Shown in pieces: positions 39,541 to 48,804 of a stretch of 64,000 nucleotides of DNA. Below the pieces are notes generated by a model that saw only the letters and a program-made list of their open reading frames with translations, made no database searches and was not told the DNA's origin. Position 1 is the first letter of the stretch, and each line of letters begins with the position of its first letter. Origin of the DNA: Patescibacteria group bacterium UBA5147 (lineage in GTDB: Bacteria > Patescibacteriota > Saccharimonadia > UBA4664); NCBI GenBank assembly GCA_002415345.1, contig DHXV01000001.1, positions 136,305 through 200,304 of the forward strand. The letters run 5' to 3'. Both the position numbers and the translations under genes were made by a program.

Positions 39541-40104
39541 TTACCGGGACGATTGAGCCGAAAGCGTGCCGCTGACGACCGAGCCCAGAGCAGCCTTTAA
39601 GCTTGCCAGCGGGAGGAGCGAAGCGTCAGCCCTACAGCCGGTTTTGGGCTCAATATAATAGATATTTTGACTTCCGACATGCGCTACAATCTCCCCGCCC
39701 TTGTCGGTGTCATAGGTAATTATTCCCAGCGGTGCCGATGATGCGCTACATCCGGCCGCTTCCAGGCGCTTGCTGGAAAAACCGACCGAATTCACGGCCT
39801 GGTCGCCAGCCAGATACACGGCCGTAGAGTCCAAATCCTTGAGCCTGCCAGGAGCCGCGAAAATCAGCGCCAGGTCTGAAATATCATAGATGAAGGACGG
39901 AGGAGCCAGCGGCGTAGCGGTTGTGGCAGGCGTGACCGAAACCCCGGGGGCCGTCGAGATTACGACTCTGGTTATGGGGGTGGGCGTCGGCCCCACGAGT
40001 GCCGCCTTATGGGCATGGAGATATTCCGCCACCAACAAAATGGCCAGTACGACTAGCCCAAGAATAAGCTCGAACATAAATCCCGATTTGCTGTCGTACC
40101 TCAT
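39541..40104 (-). CDS. Hypothetical membrane-anchored protein with Thr/Pro-rich linker
   Basis: N-terminal TM and a TPTPITRVVISTAPGVSVTPATTATP linker; 187 aa. Confidence 0.4.
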   Translation of the reverse strand: MRYDSKSGFMFELILGLVVLAILLVAEYLHAHKAALVGPTPTPITRVVISTAPGVSVTPATTATPLAPPSFIYDISDLALIFAAPGRLKDLDSTAVYLAGDQAVNSVGFSSKRLEAAGCSASSAPLGIITYDTDKGGEIVAHVGSQNIYYIEPKTGCRADASLLPLASLKAALGSVVSGTLSAQSSR

Positions 40105-40922
40105 ACGGTACCGGCCGCAAGTTCAACGTCCAGTATGGCTTCACTCCTAAGTTCCGCTTCGTAAGCCTTGGCTCCCCCTCTGAAACCAAAGAGCCGTTTG
40201 GTATAAACCAAATAAATAACCGCGGCGATGTTGACGACGAGAGCCGCTACTTTTATTGTCGTGGCACCTACGATGACTTCATAAATTTCGAACGGTATGA
40301 ACCCGGACGTGGCAACCGCGGCAAAATACTCGCCCCATCGCTGCATGAGCCAGAGTCCCACGCCCTCGGTTATTTCAATGAGGCCGTAGACCACGACGCC
40401 GACGGTCACCCAGATAAGCGTCGACCCGCTAATCGCCAAACTCTTATGAATCAGGCTGACAATGGCCGAGGAATTCACGTCGTAGTTAAAACCAGCTGCC
40501 GCCGATTGGATGGCGGGGAAATTTTGATCAAACAAGTGCTGGAGGCTGCCTTTCTCATCGCTGAACTGCTCAATGGCGTAGGCTATAAGCAGCAGCCCTA
40601 CACCGCGCAGGAACCGTTCCGCACCCAGTAACCGCAGGATAAAGGCTTGACGGATAGCCTTGCCGCGGGCAATATGAGGGACACTTGCCAGCGGGCCGGA
40701 GATTACCGGTGCTCCCAGAACAAAATCGCCGCAACGCAGGCACCGCCACGCCTCGCCATGAGCTGTCGTCGTATTCAGGCGGTCACGCAGTTTCGTGGTG
40801 CCGGGGCCCGTAGGCCGGTAGGTCAAATGACCTTTGGTGGCACATACCCGAAGTTCCCAACGCTTAAACGGGTTACCGGGATGTGGCTTGGTGGCGGTGA
40901 ACATCATGGTTCCATTATCCAC
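40101..40922 (-). CDS. Membrane protein, DUF2127-like
   Basis: C-terminal 4-TM region with a YGLIEITEGVGLWL...WGEY pattern; tentative. Confidence 0.4.
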   Translation of the reverse strand: MDNGTMMFTATKPHPGNPFKRWELRVCATKGHLTYRPTGPGTTKLRDRLNTTTAHGEAWRCLRCGDFVLGAPVISGPLASVPHIARGKAIRQAFILRLLGAERFLRGVGLLLIAYAIEQFSDEKGSLQHLFDQNFPAIQSAAAGFNYDVNSSAIVSLIHKSLAISGSTLIWVTVGVVVYGLIEITEGVGLWLMQRWGEYFAAVATSGFIPFEIYEVIVGATTIKVAALVVNIAAVIYLVYTKRLFGFRGGAKAYEAELRSEAILDVELAAGTV

Positions 40923-40950
40923 GGACTTAATTTTAAAAACAAATGATTGA

Positions 40951-41682
40951 TCATCGCGGTTTTAAGGAGTACGCGCCCAGTATTAAAGCAACCATCACGA
41001 AACCGACAATTACAGCGACGTCGAAGGACAGGTTCCCCGTCCATGCCGTGTGGGTCTTGATTTCCTTCATTGCTTCAACCACATAGGTAATGGGCATGAC
41101 ATCGGAGAAATAGCGCAGGAAAGATGCCATATCGTCGCGCGGGGTGAACAGCCCGCAGGTTAGAAACTGCGGCAGTACGAAGGCCGGCATGAACTGCACA
41201 GCCTGGAATTCGTTCTTGGCATAGGCGCTAAAGAACAGCCCGAGGGACATGCCGAGCATACCGGCGAGGACGGCTATTGTCAGCAGCGAAACGGTACTGC
41301 CCGCAATCGGAACGTTGAAGACCACGATCGTAAAGAAACTGGCGATCGAAGCCTGCAGAAAGGCCAGCAGAGCAAAAGCTCCGGCGTAGCCGAACAGGAT
41401 GTCCAACCGCGAGGCCGGTGAGATCAGCAGCCGCTCCAGCGTGCCCGATGTCCGCTCGCGCAGCACGGCCACCGAAGTCACAATAAACATCAAGGTGAAG
41501 GGAATGATTCCCAGAATGAGCGGCGCAATGCCGTCGAAGACCCGGCTATTCTGCTCAAAGACGTAACTGAGAATAATCAGCAGGATGCTCGGCACGAACA
41601 ATATCAAGGCCAGAGTGCGATGATCGTGCCTCAGCTGCTTAAGGACGCGCAGCATGGTTGCAAAGGTTCGTTTGAAACTCAT
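40951..41682 (-). CDS. ABC-2 type exporter permease
   Basis: 243 aa with 6 TM, a typical ABC-2 family profile; 4-nt overlap with the upstream ATPase. Confidence 0.8.
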   Translation of the reverse strand: MSFKRTFATMLRVLKQLRHDHRTLALILFVPSILLIILSYVFEQNSRVFDGIAPLILGIIPFTLMFIVTSVAVLRERTSGTLERLLISPASRLDILFGYAGAFALLAFLQASIASFFTIVVFNVPIAGSTVSLLTIAVLAGMLGMSLGLFFSAYAKNEFQAVQFMPAFVLPQFLTCGLFTPRDDMASFLRYFSDVMPITYVVEAMKEIKTHTAWTGNLSFDVAVIVGFVMVALILGAYSLKPR

Positions 41683-42392
41683 TTAGATTCTCCCAAGGCC
41701 AGTTTTAAAAACGCGCCTTCCATGTTTGATGCGCCGGTGCTTGCAATTAGTGAGGTTGGAGCCCCTGACGCCAACACCCTGCCATCGCGGACAAACATAA
41801 TCTCATCGCAGTGGTCGGCTTCGTCCATGACGTGGCTGGTAACGAGCAGGGTTATCCCCTTGTCCGCCAAATCCCTGAACGTCGACCATAATTTCTGACG
41901 CAAAACAGGGTCCAAGCCTACTGTCGGTTCGTCCAGAAGCAGGACTTTGGGGCTTCCGAGCAGGGCCACGGCCAACGAAACCCGTGCACGCTCGCCACCC
42001 GATAGATGCGCTACGATGGCGTCGGCAAATTCCGTGAGATCTACCTCGGCTATGACCGCCTTGACCTGTGATTTTTCGGCACCAAGCAGCGCGGCGAAAT
42101 AGGATAGGTTCTCGGTGACGGTTAGGTCCGAATAAACCGAAGGGTCCTGGGTGACATAACCCACCACGGAATGGAGCCTCTTCGAACCAGCCGGCATCCC
42201 CAAGACCGTAACGCTTCCTTTGGAAAAACGTTGTAGCCCCAGGATGGCACGAATAATCGTGGTCTTCCCCGCTCCCGAAGGTCCCAACAGACCGATGATC
42301 CTGCCGGACAACAGTGAAGCCGAAATGCCGGTCAGGATGGGATTTTTATCTATCCGAACGCTTAAATCCCGAATCTCAATAGCTGTATTCAT
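41679..42392 (-). CDS. ABC transporter ATP-binding protein
   Basis: Walker A GPSGAGKTT, signature LSGGERARVSLAVAL, Walker B LLLDEPT. Confidence 0.9.
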   Translation of the reverse strand: MNTAIEIRDLSVRIDKNPILTGISASLLSGRIIGLLGPSGAGKTTIIRAILGLQRFSKGSVTVLGMPAGSKRLHSVVGYVTQDPSVYSDLTVTENLSYFAALLGAEKSQVKAVIAEVDLTEFADAIVAHLSGGERARVSLAVALLGSPKVLLLDEPTVGLDPVLRQKLWSTFRDLADKGITLLVTSHVMDEADHCDEIMFVRDGRVLASGAPTSLIASTGASNMEGAFLKLALGESK

Positions 42393-42466
42393 ATGCGTAT
42401 CATAGGAGAAAAGGTGAAGAATAAAAAGCTATACCGGTAAGCAGCCTCGGCATACAATCGGCTATA

Positions 42467-43183
42467 ATGCTTACCATGAACACTCACCTATCCCCTCATC
42501 CGGCCGAGCAACACAAATCCCACCGGGCAAACTGGCTCCGGGCCGCCGTTCTGGGGGTGGATGACGGGATAGTTTCCACCTCGAGTCTGATGTTGGGGGT
42601 CACCGCCGCATCCGGTAACTCCGCGGCCACTTTAACGGCCGGTATCGCCGGACTAGCCGCCGGGGCTTTGTCGATGGCGGTCGGCGAGTACATTTCGGTC
42701 AGCTCACAAAAAGATGCCGAGCTGGCGGATATACAAATCGAAGAGCGCTCATTGGCGACAAACCCCATTGGTGAATTAGCCGAGCTGGCCACTATTTATG
42801 AACTCCGCGGACTGGACCCAGAGCTCGCCAAGCAGGTTGCCCGCCAGCTTCAAGATCACGACGGGGTAAAAGCCCACGTCCGTGACGAGCTTGGAATCGA
42901 CCATGCCGCCCTGGCAAACCCCTTGCAAGCGGCCCTGGCGTCGTCGGCGGCATTTTCTTTTGGGTCGGCGGTACCGATTGTGGCGGCGCTCATCGCCACC
43001 GGCCAGACCGGCGTATTGGCCATTATCATCAGCTCGCTCGCCGCCCTGGCTATCGCCGGAGCAATCAGCGCTTATTTGGGCGGGGGCAACAGAATATGGG
43101 CGGCCGGACGCGTCTTTATCGGCGGCGGATTGGCCATGGCGATTACCGCGTTTATCGGCCATCTCATTGGTTCGCGTCTTTGA
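42467..43183 (+). CDS. VIT1/CCC1-family iron/manganese transporter
   Basis: GVDDGIVSTSSLMLGV motif, a central cytoplasmic Glu-rich segment and 5 TM. Confidence 0.8.
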   Translation: MLTMNTHLSPHPAEQHKSHRANWLRAAVLGVDDGIVSTSSLMLGVTAASGNSAATLTAGIAGLAAGALSMAVGEYISVSSQKDAELADIQIEERSLATNPIGELAELATIYELRGLDPELAKQVARQLQDHDGVKAHVRDELGIDHAALANPLQAALASSAAFSFGSAVPIVAALIATGQTGVLAIIISSLAALAIAGAISAYLGGGNRIWAAGRVFIGGGLAMAITAFIGHLIGSRL

Positions 43184-43196
43184 GCCCGTTGGCGGT

Positions 43197-43718
43197 TTAG
43201 AACTTTACGGGTATCGCCAGGCTATCGTCATTCTTGGGTAAGCCCGAGGGGTTATCCTTATGGAGAACCAGCGTTCCAACACCGCTTGGTGTCCCGCTGA
43301 ATTCCAATGTCGCCGTAAACGGAAACATTGCATCCGTCATCCAGTCGCCCTGCAATGTTGCCGGGGCTTGAGCAATTACTTTCCCGCCAGCATCCTTGAG
43401 CTCAATCGGAAATTGAGCCTCAAATGACCAATTACCGGGAACCTGACCTACGATATGCAAAGGACTGGACGCTCTTGCGCCAGCCAAAGGGGTATATACC
43501 GAGATGTTGACGCCTTTGTCCGATTTGTAGCTGTAAATCGGCTGCCTTGATGCCGCTTCGGTGGCTTTTTGCACCTGCACCTGCAAGTCATCTTTTTGTC
43601 GGCTGAGTTCCTGGACTTGAGTTTGCTGCCAAACGTAAACACTAAACCCAACGGCTATCAGCAATAGGGCAACGATAAGGCCAACCAAAAGGCGTTTCAT
43701 GGTAATCCCCGCTTTCAT
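43197..43718 (-). CDS. Secreted protein with Gmad2-like Ig domain
   Basis: Signal/TM, a coiled segment, then the pattern SPLHIVGQVPGNWSFEAQFPIEL..G.VIA...A...MTD..PF.ATLEF. Confidence 0.45.
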   Translation of the reverse strand: MKAGITMKRLLVGLIVALLLIAVGFSVYVWQQTQVQELSRQKDDLQVQVQKATEAASRQPIYSYKSDKGVNISVYTPLAGARASSPLHIVGQVPGNWSFEAQFPIELKDAGGKVIAQAPATLQGDWMTDAMFPFTATLEFSGTPSGVGTLVLHKDNPSGLPKNDDSLAIPVKF

Positions 43719-43781
43719 ATTCTGAATCTATTGTATTACCAGCAGCGAAATTTTGGCTATGATGAGTGTCACTAGGAAATA

Positions 43782-44237
43782 CTAGGCATCGAGTTGGGTT
43801 TCCATATGCTTGAGCAACCGTCCATTCAGTTCCTCGAGTTTCATCAAGGCTTTCTGAAACTCGGTAATATCAATGGCCACGGTGTAGATACCGACCACCT
43901 CGCCGTCCTCTTTAATCGGCTCAACTCGAATATCGTTATAGTAGATATCACCTTCATCACCACCTTTAAGAGTGCTTTTGAACATTTCCCTGACGCCCTT
44001 TTTACCTGCCAAGGGCCGTTTCTTGATAGCAGTTAGCCTCTCAGCTTCGCTTGCGGGCAACCAATCGGCATCGGTCTTACCGATCAAATTTTCGCTTGCC
44101 ATGCCAGGATGGGTATTGAAAAATTGGGTATAACACAAATCTAAATCCTGCTGCGATATCGCCACGCCCGAGTTACGCAGTGATTTTTCCAAGACCGACC
44201 GACTATCCTTGATCTCCGTAAGGAGTTTCTTATCCAT
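43782..44237 (-). CDS. Stand-alone PAS-domain protein
   Basis: 151 aa, PAS-like core, no output domain. Confidence 0.5.
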   Translation of the reverse strand: MDKKLLTEIKDSRSVLEKSLRNSGVAISQQDLDLCYTQFFNTHPGMASENLIGKTDADWLPASEAERLTAIKKRPLAGKKGVREMFKSTLKGGDEGDIYYNDIRVEPIKEDGEVVGIYTVAIDITEFQKALMKLEELNGRLLKHMETQLDA

Positions 44238-44427
44238 TTAAATTCTCCAGTGCAACAAAACTAAATACTCGGCATGAACTATGACACTTCGAATTTAACT
44301 GATAATTTTCAGTCTATCATCAGACAATGTGCCAAAATTGTAATAAGCGCGAATCAATTAAAGGTCACCCTCAAGCCTTTTGTGAGCAGTTAGAAGAGGT
44401 CACTAGTGAAATGAGCATTACACTCGG

Positions 44428-45498
44428 CTATCCGGCTCGCGCTTGTAGCTCTTTGATCTCCTGTTTTAGCTCAACCATCTTTAGCTCGCGGGCAACCATA
44501 AAACCGTTCAATTCCTCAACTTCTTTAATTCGCACTTCAAGTTGCTTCTCCGCCTGTTTGGTATTGGTAATGTCATGAAAACTCCATACCCGGCCAATTA
44601 TTTTGTCATTAACGCGTTGAGGGACAGAATTTCGCTCGAACGCTTTGCCATCCTTAAGCTCAAATACCTCCGTAGTCCTGGCATCAGGATTGTCGTGCAG
44701 ATCTTCTACTTTCTTCATAAAACCAATGGGGTCAGTAAGCTGATTGGACACGAATTGAATAACCTTCATCACATCATGCGGGTACATAATCTCTTGCGGG
44801 ATATTCCACATGGAGGTGTACTGCTTGTTATAGAGGATAATGTTCCAGTCCGAGTCGGCCACCAGTATCCCATCCGACATTGATTCGATGGTGGTGTTAA
44901 CCAATGAGAGACTTTCTTCTACGGTGACTTGCGCAGTTATTCGATCGAGAGTTTCCGCGAACTTAATACCCAAAATATTGATTACGCGCTCTTCCTCGAA
45001 CGAGAATTCTCCGGCGTACATTCGGCAACATAAGAGGATAAGTTCGGGCTGCGCGCTTGGGATAACTGGTATGAACAGAGCAGATTTTACCGATAGATGC
45101 CGAACCATCTCAGGCAGGGTACCATCCCCCGGTTGCTTGAGCCGCACGGGCTTACGATCCTTATAAATGTTCTCGAAAACACTCCCCTCAATTTGCCCTG
45201 CCAGCTCGCTAGCCTCGGATCGGGAAAGGCCAATGCCCTCAAGGGTTGTATAGCTTAGGCCTGCCTTGTCGACCTCAATGAGAATACCAACGTCAACTGA
45301 GAACATTTTACAGATACTGGCCACAAACGTACTGCTAGCCTTGGCCTTATCCTCGATTCCTGAAAGTTCCGAGCTTATCTGGTAAAGGACCGATACCGAG
45401 TTAAGTGTGGTTTGGAGTTCATCCGTGCTCTCCTTAATCTCCTCTTTGAGACTAAGAATCTCGTTCTGAGCCGCGGCCATTTGCTGCTGGATATCCAT
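44428..45498 (-). CDS. Coiled-coil + GAF/PAS sensor protein without output domain
   Basis: N- and C-terminal heptad-like segments flank GAF-like and PAS-like (..DGILVADSDWNIILYNKQY..) regions. Confidence 0.5.
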   Translation of the reverse strand: MDIQQQMAAAQNEILSLKEEIKESTDELQTTLNSVSVLYQISSELSGIEDKAKASSTFVASICKMFSVDVGILIEVDKAGLSYTTLEGIGLSRSEASELAGQIEGSVFENIYKDRKPVRLKQPGDGTLPEMVRHLSVKSALFIPVIPSAQPELILLCCRMYAGEFSFEEERVINILGIKFAETLDRITAQVTVEESLSLVNTTIESMSDGILVADSDWNIILYNKQYTSMWNIPQEIMYPHDVMKVIQFVSNQLTDPIGFMKKVEDLHDNPDARTTEVFELKDGKAFERNSVPQRVNDKIIGRVWSFHDITNTKQAEKQLEVRIKEVEELNGFMVARELKMVELKQEIKELQARAG

Positions 45499-45516
45499 TG
45501 TTTAACCTATCTATTA

Positions 45517-46707
45517 TTATTCCGGAAGGACGTAGACGCCGCAGGTCTTGTTATAAAGGGCCGGCGGGCCTCCCTTTTCGATGCCGATTTCGCCAAAGGA
45601 AAAGAAGCCTATCATCGGCACGTCCCCACCCAGGCGGGATTCTATATTGGAAATCTCAGTCTGGGCATCATCGCCCAGAAATAGCAGCCTGGAAACGCAA
45701 TCGGCGACAAGTATTAACGCCGGAGGCTTACCTTCCAGCGCCTCCTTGGCCTCATTGGCGGCCTCGGTCGAAGCCAGCAGTATGGATTCTTTTGACCCTT
45801 TCATGATTCTCACGATGGTGTTCTCCGGCACTTCTGAAACAAAGGTAATAGAGTTGTCCTCGATTGATGCCGATAAAGGGTCGCGCACGACATACTCTCC
45901 GGTTGCCATGGGAATACCAAGCGGGTGACCGCTGGCAAAACCGTAAAACTTAGAGAAATCGAAACCCTTAATGTCCTCTTCTAGGTAATCCATATAGAGT
46001 TCAAGAGCCGGCTGGCCGTCAAGCTCTTTGACCGTCTTGCCCTCAGCTTTAGTGACCACCAGGTTACGTCCAGTCGGCTCCCAACCATGCCGTAACGAGA
46101 TGCCCTGAGGCGAATCGGACACAATCAAGGCGCCCGTGATTGCATCACGGTGTACCTGGTCGTTCATAATCTGAACGGATTTTTTGAAGTGCAGATTATC
46201 GGCTGAGCCACCACCAAAGAAGCGGAAAAAACTGCCAAACTCACGGAAAGCTTCATAGAGCGCATCCGTGACCACTCCTTTGGTCATCGAGGCATCGGCA
46301 AAGACCAACAATACCTGATTTTGCGGGTGTCCCTTGGGAACCGATAATGTCGCTGCCAGATTTCCCAAATGCCTGCCGGCCTCTTTGGCATCTTGGCTCA
46401 AATTGTCGCTGGAGCCGACTCTCACCTTCAAGGTATCGGACTGGATTATTGCCACGCCCAAGCCATCGGGATAGATTTTTCCATTACAAATAAGACTTGG
46501 CGCAGTGCACCCAACCAAAGGAGTGTCACCAGTAACTGAGCGTATCCCATCAATGGCATTTTGTTCGTCGTATTGCTCGGTCATAAACACGACCGCCAAC
46601 GGAAAAGGGCCCTTTAACTGGCCCTTGGCCGCACGGGCCGCTTCTATGCCGGCACGATGAGAATCGGCGGTATTTTGACTAAGTCCTACGCCCGCAATCG
46701 TTTTCAA
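45517..46707 (-). CDS. FIST-domain signalling protein (FIST_N + FIST_C)
   Basis: 396 aa with an N-terminal ..AGVGLS....AG.EAARAA.. pattern and an overall FIST profile. Confidence 0.6.
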   Translation of the reverse strand: MKTIAGVGLSQNTADSHRAGIEAARAAKGQLKGPFPLAVVFMTEQYDEQNAIDGIRSVTGDTPLVGCTAPSLICNGKIYPDGLGVAIIQSDTLKVRVGSSDNLSQDAKEAGRHLGNLAATLSVPKGHPQNQVLLVFADASMTKGVVTDALYEAFREFGSFFRFFGGGSADNLHFKKSVQIMNDQVHRDAITGALIVSDSPQGISLRHGWEPTGRNLVVTKAEGKTVKELDGQPALELYMDYLEEDIKGFDFSKFYGFASGHPLGIPMATGEYVVRDPLSASIEDNSITFVSEVPENTIVRIMKGSKESILLASTEAANEAKEALEGKPPALILVADCVSRLLFLGDDAQTEISNIESRLGGDVPMIGFFSFGEIGIEKGGPPALYNKTCGVYVLPE

Positions 46708-46839
46708 AGTATCTCACCCCACAATTATTATCTCTATCTTGAACCGTAGCACGTTTAGGTATCGCTTAGTATGGGTAACCCCTTGAATCGACTGTCAGGT
46801 TTCGCGAAATACCTTGGCAGACCTACCCAGGCAAACTGA

Positions 46840-47370
46840 CTATTTTGCCGCTTCGAATGCTCCCTTCAGCGGAGCAATATCAAGTTTAACCATTGGCATC
46901 ATGGCCTCCATCAATGCCTTTTTCTGCTGAGGCGTGGCCGATGAATCGCTCATCATTTCGCCTAAAGCCGTTGGAATAATCTGCCAGGTTATACCAAACT
47001 TATCGGTGATCCAGCCGCACTGCTGAGGTGCTCCCCCGTCCAATAACTTGTCCCAGACTCCGTCTAATTCTTCCTGAGTATCTAATTCGACTACAAAAGA
47101 TATCGCACCCGTCATCTCAAACTGCGGGCCCCCGTCCAAGCACATGAACTCTTGCTCGTTAAGCTCAAAAACCCCTGTGAGTACCTTGCCTACCAGCTCG
47201 TTTTCGCCTGGTATGCCCTGGTTTCCGGCATATCGCTCGATGTGGGTTATTCTCGAATTCCTGAACGTCGAGACGTAATAATTCATGGCCTCTTCGGCAT
47301 TACCCTGGAACCAAATACACGGTTTGATCGTTTCCATAATCCAATCCCCAATATCGGCGGATTGTAACAT
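46840..47370 (-). CDS. VOC-superfamily protein, PhnB/3-demethylubiquinone-methyltransferase-like (DUF) family
   Basis: Canonical start region M.TIKPCIWFQGNAEEA found at an internal ATG (47337), so the real start is probably 47337. Confidence 0.7.
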   Translation of the reverse strand: MLQSADIGDWIMETIKPCIWFQGNAEEAMNYYVSTFRNSRITHIERYAGNQGIPGENELVGKVLTGVFELNEQEFMCLDGGPQFEMTGAISFVVELDTQEELDGVWDKLLDGGAPQQCGWITDKFGITWQIIPTALGEMMSDSSATPQQKKALMEAMMPMVKLDIAPLKGAFEAAK

Positions 47371-47417
47371 GCGAATAAATAAAAAAACTATGGATAATAT
47401 ATATATTGGAGCAAGAT

Positions 47418-47452
47418 TTTATTCGAATAATTGCTATGGGGCCGTATCGTGA
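47418..47452 (-). repeat. Diverged copy (R7) of the tRNA-3'-end-derived repeat family
   Basis: Minus reading: CACGATACGGCCCCATAGCAATTATTCGAATAAAA, versus CACGATGGCCCTCCATAGCACTTATGCTTAAAA in R1-R6. Confidence 0.55.
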
Positions 47453-47628
47453 ACGACATCAGAGCTATTTGGCAGAGCCGCGACATTGTAATTTATTACT
47501 AATTCTTGTATATAGTACCCTAACGGATCTGCTTCGCTCATTTACACGCCTCACAACCACTTGCTGAATTATCTGGCTCAACCATTCTTACTAGCGACTA
47601 CCAAGTTACCTACCAAGAGGAGAAAACA

Positions 47629-47835
47629 GTGTTAAGATTCCGTGGTTTGCCTCAGAGTATAAAGAGAGAGGCCATTATTAGAATGTTAATAATTGGAGTC
47701 ATTCTCTCCCTGTCTGCACCCACGATTTTACGTGCAGTCCTTTATTTTTTCGTATTCTCTATTTTCATTGGGCACACTTTCCTTAGCGGGGCTCAAGCTA
47801 TGAAAGAAGAGATGAATCCATCGAGGCCTAAGTAA
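47629..47835 (+). CDS. Small hypothetical membrane protein (68 aa)
   Basis: 2 TM; followed by hairpin GCCACCTTTGGTGGC plus a T5 run at 47881-47900. Confidence 0.3.
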   Translation: MLRFRGLPQSIKREAIIRMLIIGVILSLSAPTILRAVLYFFVFSIFIGHTFLSGAQAMKEEMNPSRPK

Positions 47836-47880
47836 CCTGTCAACATACCGAGGGACGGCGGCCTTTCTACCGTCCCAATT

Positions 47881-47900
47881 GCCACCTTTGGTGGCTTTTT
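47881..47900 (+). terminator. Intrinsic terminator (GCCACC-TTT-GGTGGC-TTTTT)
   Basis: Seen in the sequence after the 47629-47835 ORF. Confidence 0.5.
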
Positions 47901-47928
47901 ATATATCAAATATCTTGAATAACAAAAT

Positions 47929-47948
47929 AACGGCTCTGTGAAGCCGTT
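47929..47948 (-). terminator. Intrinsic terminator after tRNA-His (AACGGCT-TCACAG-AGCCGTT + T-run)
   Basis: 7-bp stem on the minus strand followed by ATTTTGTTATT. Confidence 0.5.
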
Positions 47949-47965
47949 ACTTGATATATAATTCC

Positions 47966-48043
47966 TGGGGCGAGTGATGGGGCTTGAACCCACGACCTAC
48001 GGTACCACAAACCGTCGCTCTAACCAACTGAGCTACACCCGCC
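47966..48043 (-). tRNA. tRNA-His (anticodon GTG) with extra 5' G(-1), CCA encoded
   Basis: G-1 + acceptor GCGGGTG/CACTCGC, discriminator C, anticodon arm ACGGT-TTGTGGT-ACCGT, T-loop TTCAAGC. Confidence 0.85.
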
Positions 48044-48103
48044 ATGTTGAACCAGTTAAATTTAACCGTTTTGAGGGAAAAAGTCTAGGCTCATGATGAT
48101 TAC

Positions 48104-48180
48104 TGGTGCCCCCGGCAGGGTTCGAACCTGCGACCATTGGCTTAGAAGTCCACTGCTCTATCCAGCTGAGCTACGGGGGC
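48104..48180 (-). tRNA. tRNA, probable Arg (anticodon TCT), with weak anticodon stem
   Basis: Perfect acceptor (GCCCCCG/CGGGGGC), D-arm (GCTC-AGCTGGATA-GAGC) and T-arm (GCAGG-TTCGAAC-CCTGC). Loop CTTCTAA, but the flanking stem GTGGA/GCCAA pairs only 3 bp. Confidence 0.6.
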
Positions 48181-48225
48181 ATGAGGGCATTATACAAGAA
48201 ACGACCCCACTGGGCCGAATTCTAT

Positions 48226-48300
48226 TGGAGCGGGTGAGGGGAATCGAACCCCTATAGCCTGCTTGGAAGGCAGGTACATTAACCGTTATGCTACACCCGC
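48226..48300 (-). tRNA. tRNA-Gly (anticodon TCC), CCA encoded
   Basis: Acceptor GCGGGTG/CACCCGC, anticodon arm CCTGC-CTTCCAA-GCAGG, T-arm AGGGG-TTCGATT-CCCCT. Confidence 0.85.
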
Positions 48301-48324
48301 GTTCTCTTACCTTTACAATTTCAC

Positions 48325-48400
48325 TGGTCGGGGTGAAAGGACTCGAACCTTCGACCTCATGCTCCCAAAGCACGCGCGCTACCAGCTGCGCCACACCCCG
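48325..48400 (-). tRNA. tRNA-Pro (anticodon TGG), CCA encoded
   Basis: Acceptor CGGGGTG/CACCCCG, D-arm GCGC-AGCTGGTA-GCGC, anticodon arm CGTGC-TTTGGGA-GCATG, T-loop TTCGAGT. Confidence 0.85.
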
Positions 48401-48444
48401 ATGAACTTGGTAATTATAGGTTACCGGAGGGTTTAGGGTCAAAT

Positions 48445-48490
48445 GAGTCTGCCTACATGCCTTTTGCCAAATAAAAAGCACCCGGAAGCT
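48445..48490 (-). terminator. Terminator hairpin downstream of HU gene
   Basis: CCCGGAAGCT-ACGCAG-AGCTT-AA-CCGGG bulged stem followed by TGCTTTTTATTT on the minus strand. Confidence 0.45.
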
Positions 48491-48531
48491 ACGCAGAGCT
48501 TAACCGGGCGAACTTTACGCAGAACGAACTA

Positions 48532-48804
48532 CTAGCGGATAGTTTCCTTAAGCCGCTTCCCTGCCCTAAAACGCGGCATAGCCATCTCGGGAATATGGAT
48601 CTCAGCTCCCGTTTGGGGGTTAACGCCGCGACGGGCGGCCCGTTTTCCGAGGTCAAAAGTGCCAAAGCCGGTAATTGATACCTTCTCACCCTTACTGACA
48701 GTTCGTTCAATAATCGATACCAGTGTCGATAACGTGTGCTCAACCTGACGCTTGGTCGTATTGGTCTCCGCAGCTAGCGTCTCGATTAACTGTTGCTTTG
48801 TCAT
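48532..48804 (-). CDS. hup: Nucleoid-associated protein HU
   Basis: 90 aa with motifs MTKQQLIETLA, GFGTF and RNPQTG. Confidence 0.9.
   Translation of the reverse strand: MTKQQLIETLAAETNTTKRQVEHTLSTLVSIIERTVSKGEKVSITGFGTFDLGKRAARRGVNPQTGAEIHIPEMAMPRFRAGKRLKETIR

Noticed and set aside
47793-47993. 66-aa minus-strand ORF overlapping tRNA-His and its terminator
   Set aside because: It overlaps a well-formed tRNA gene and terminator hairpins, so it is a spurious ORF.
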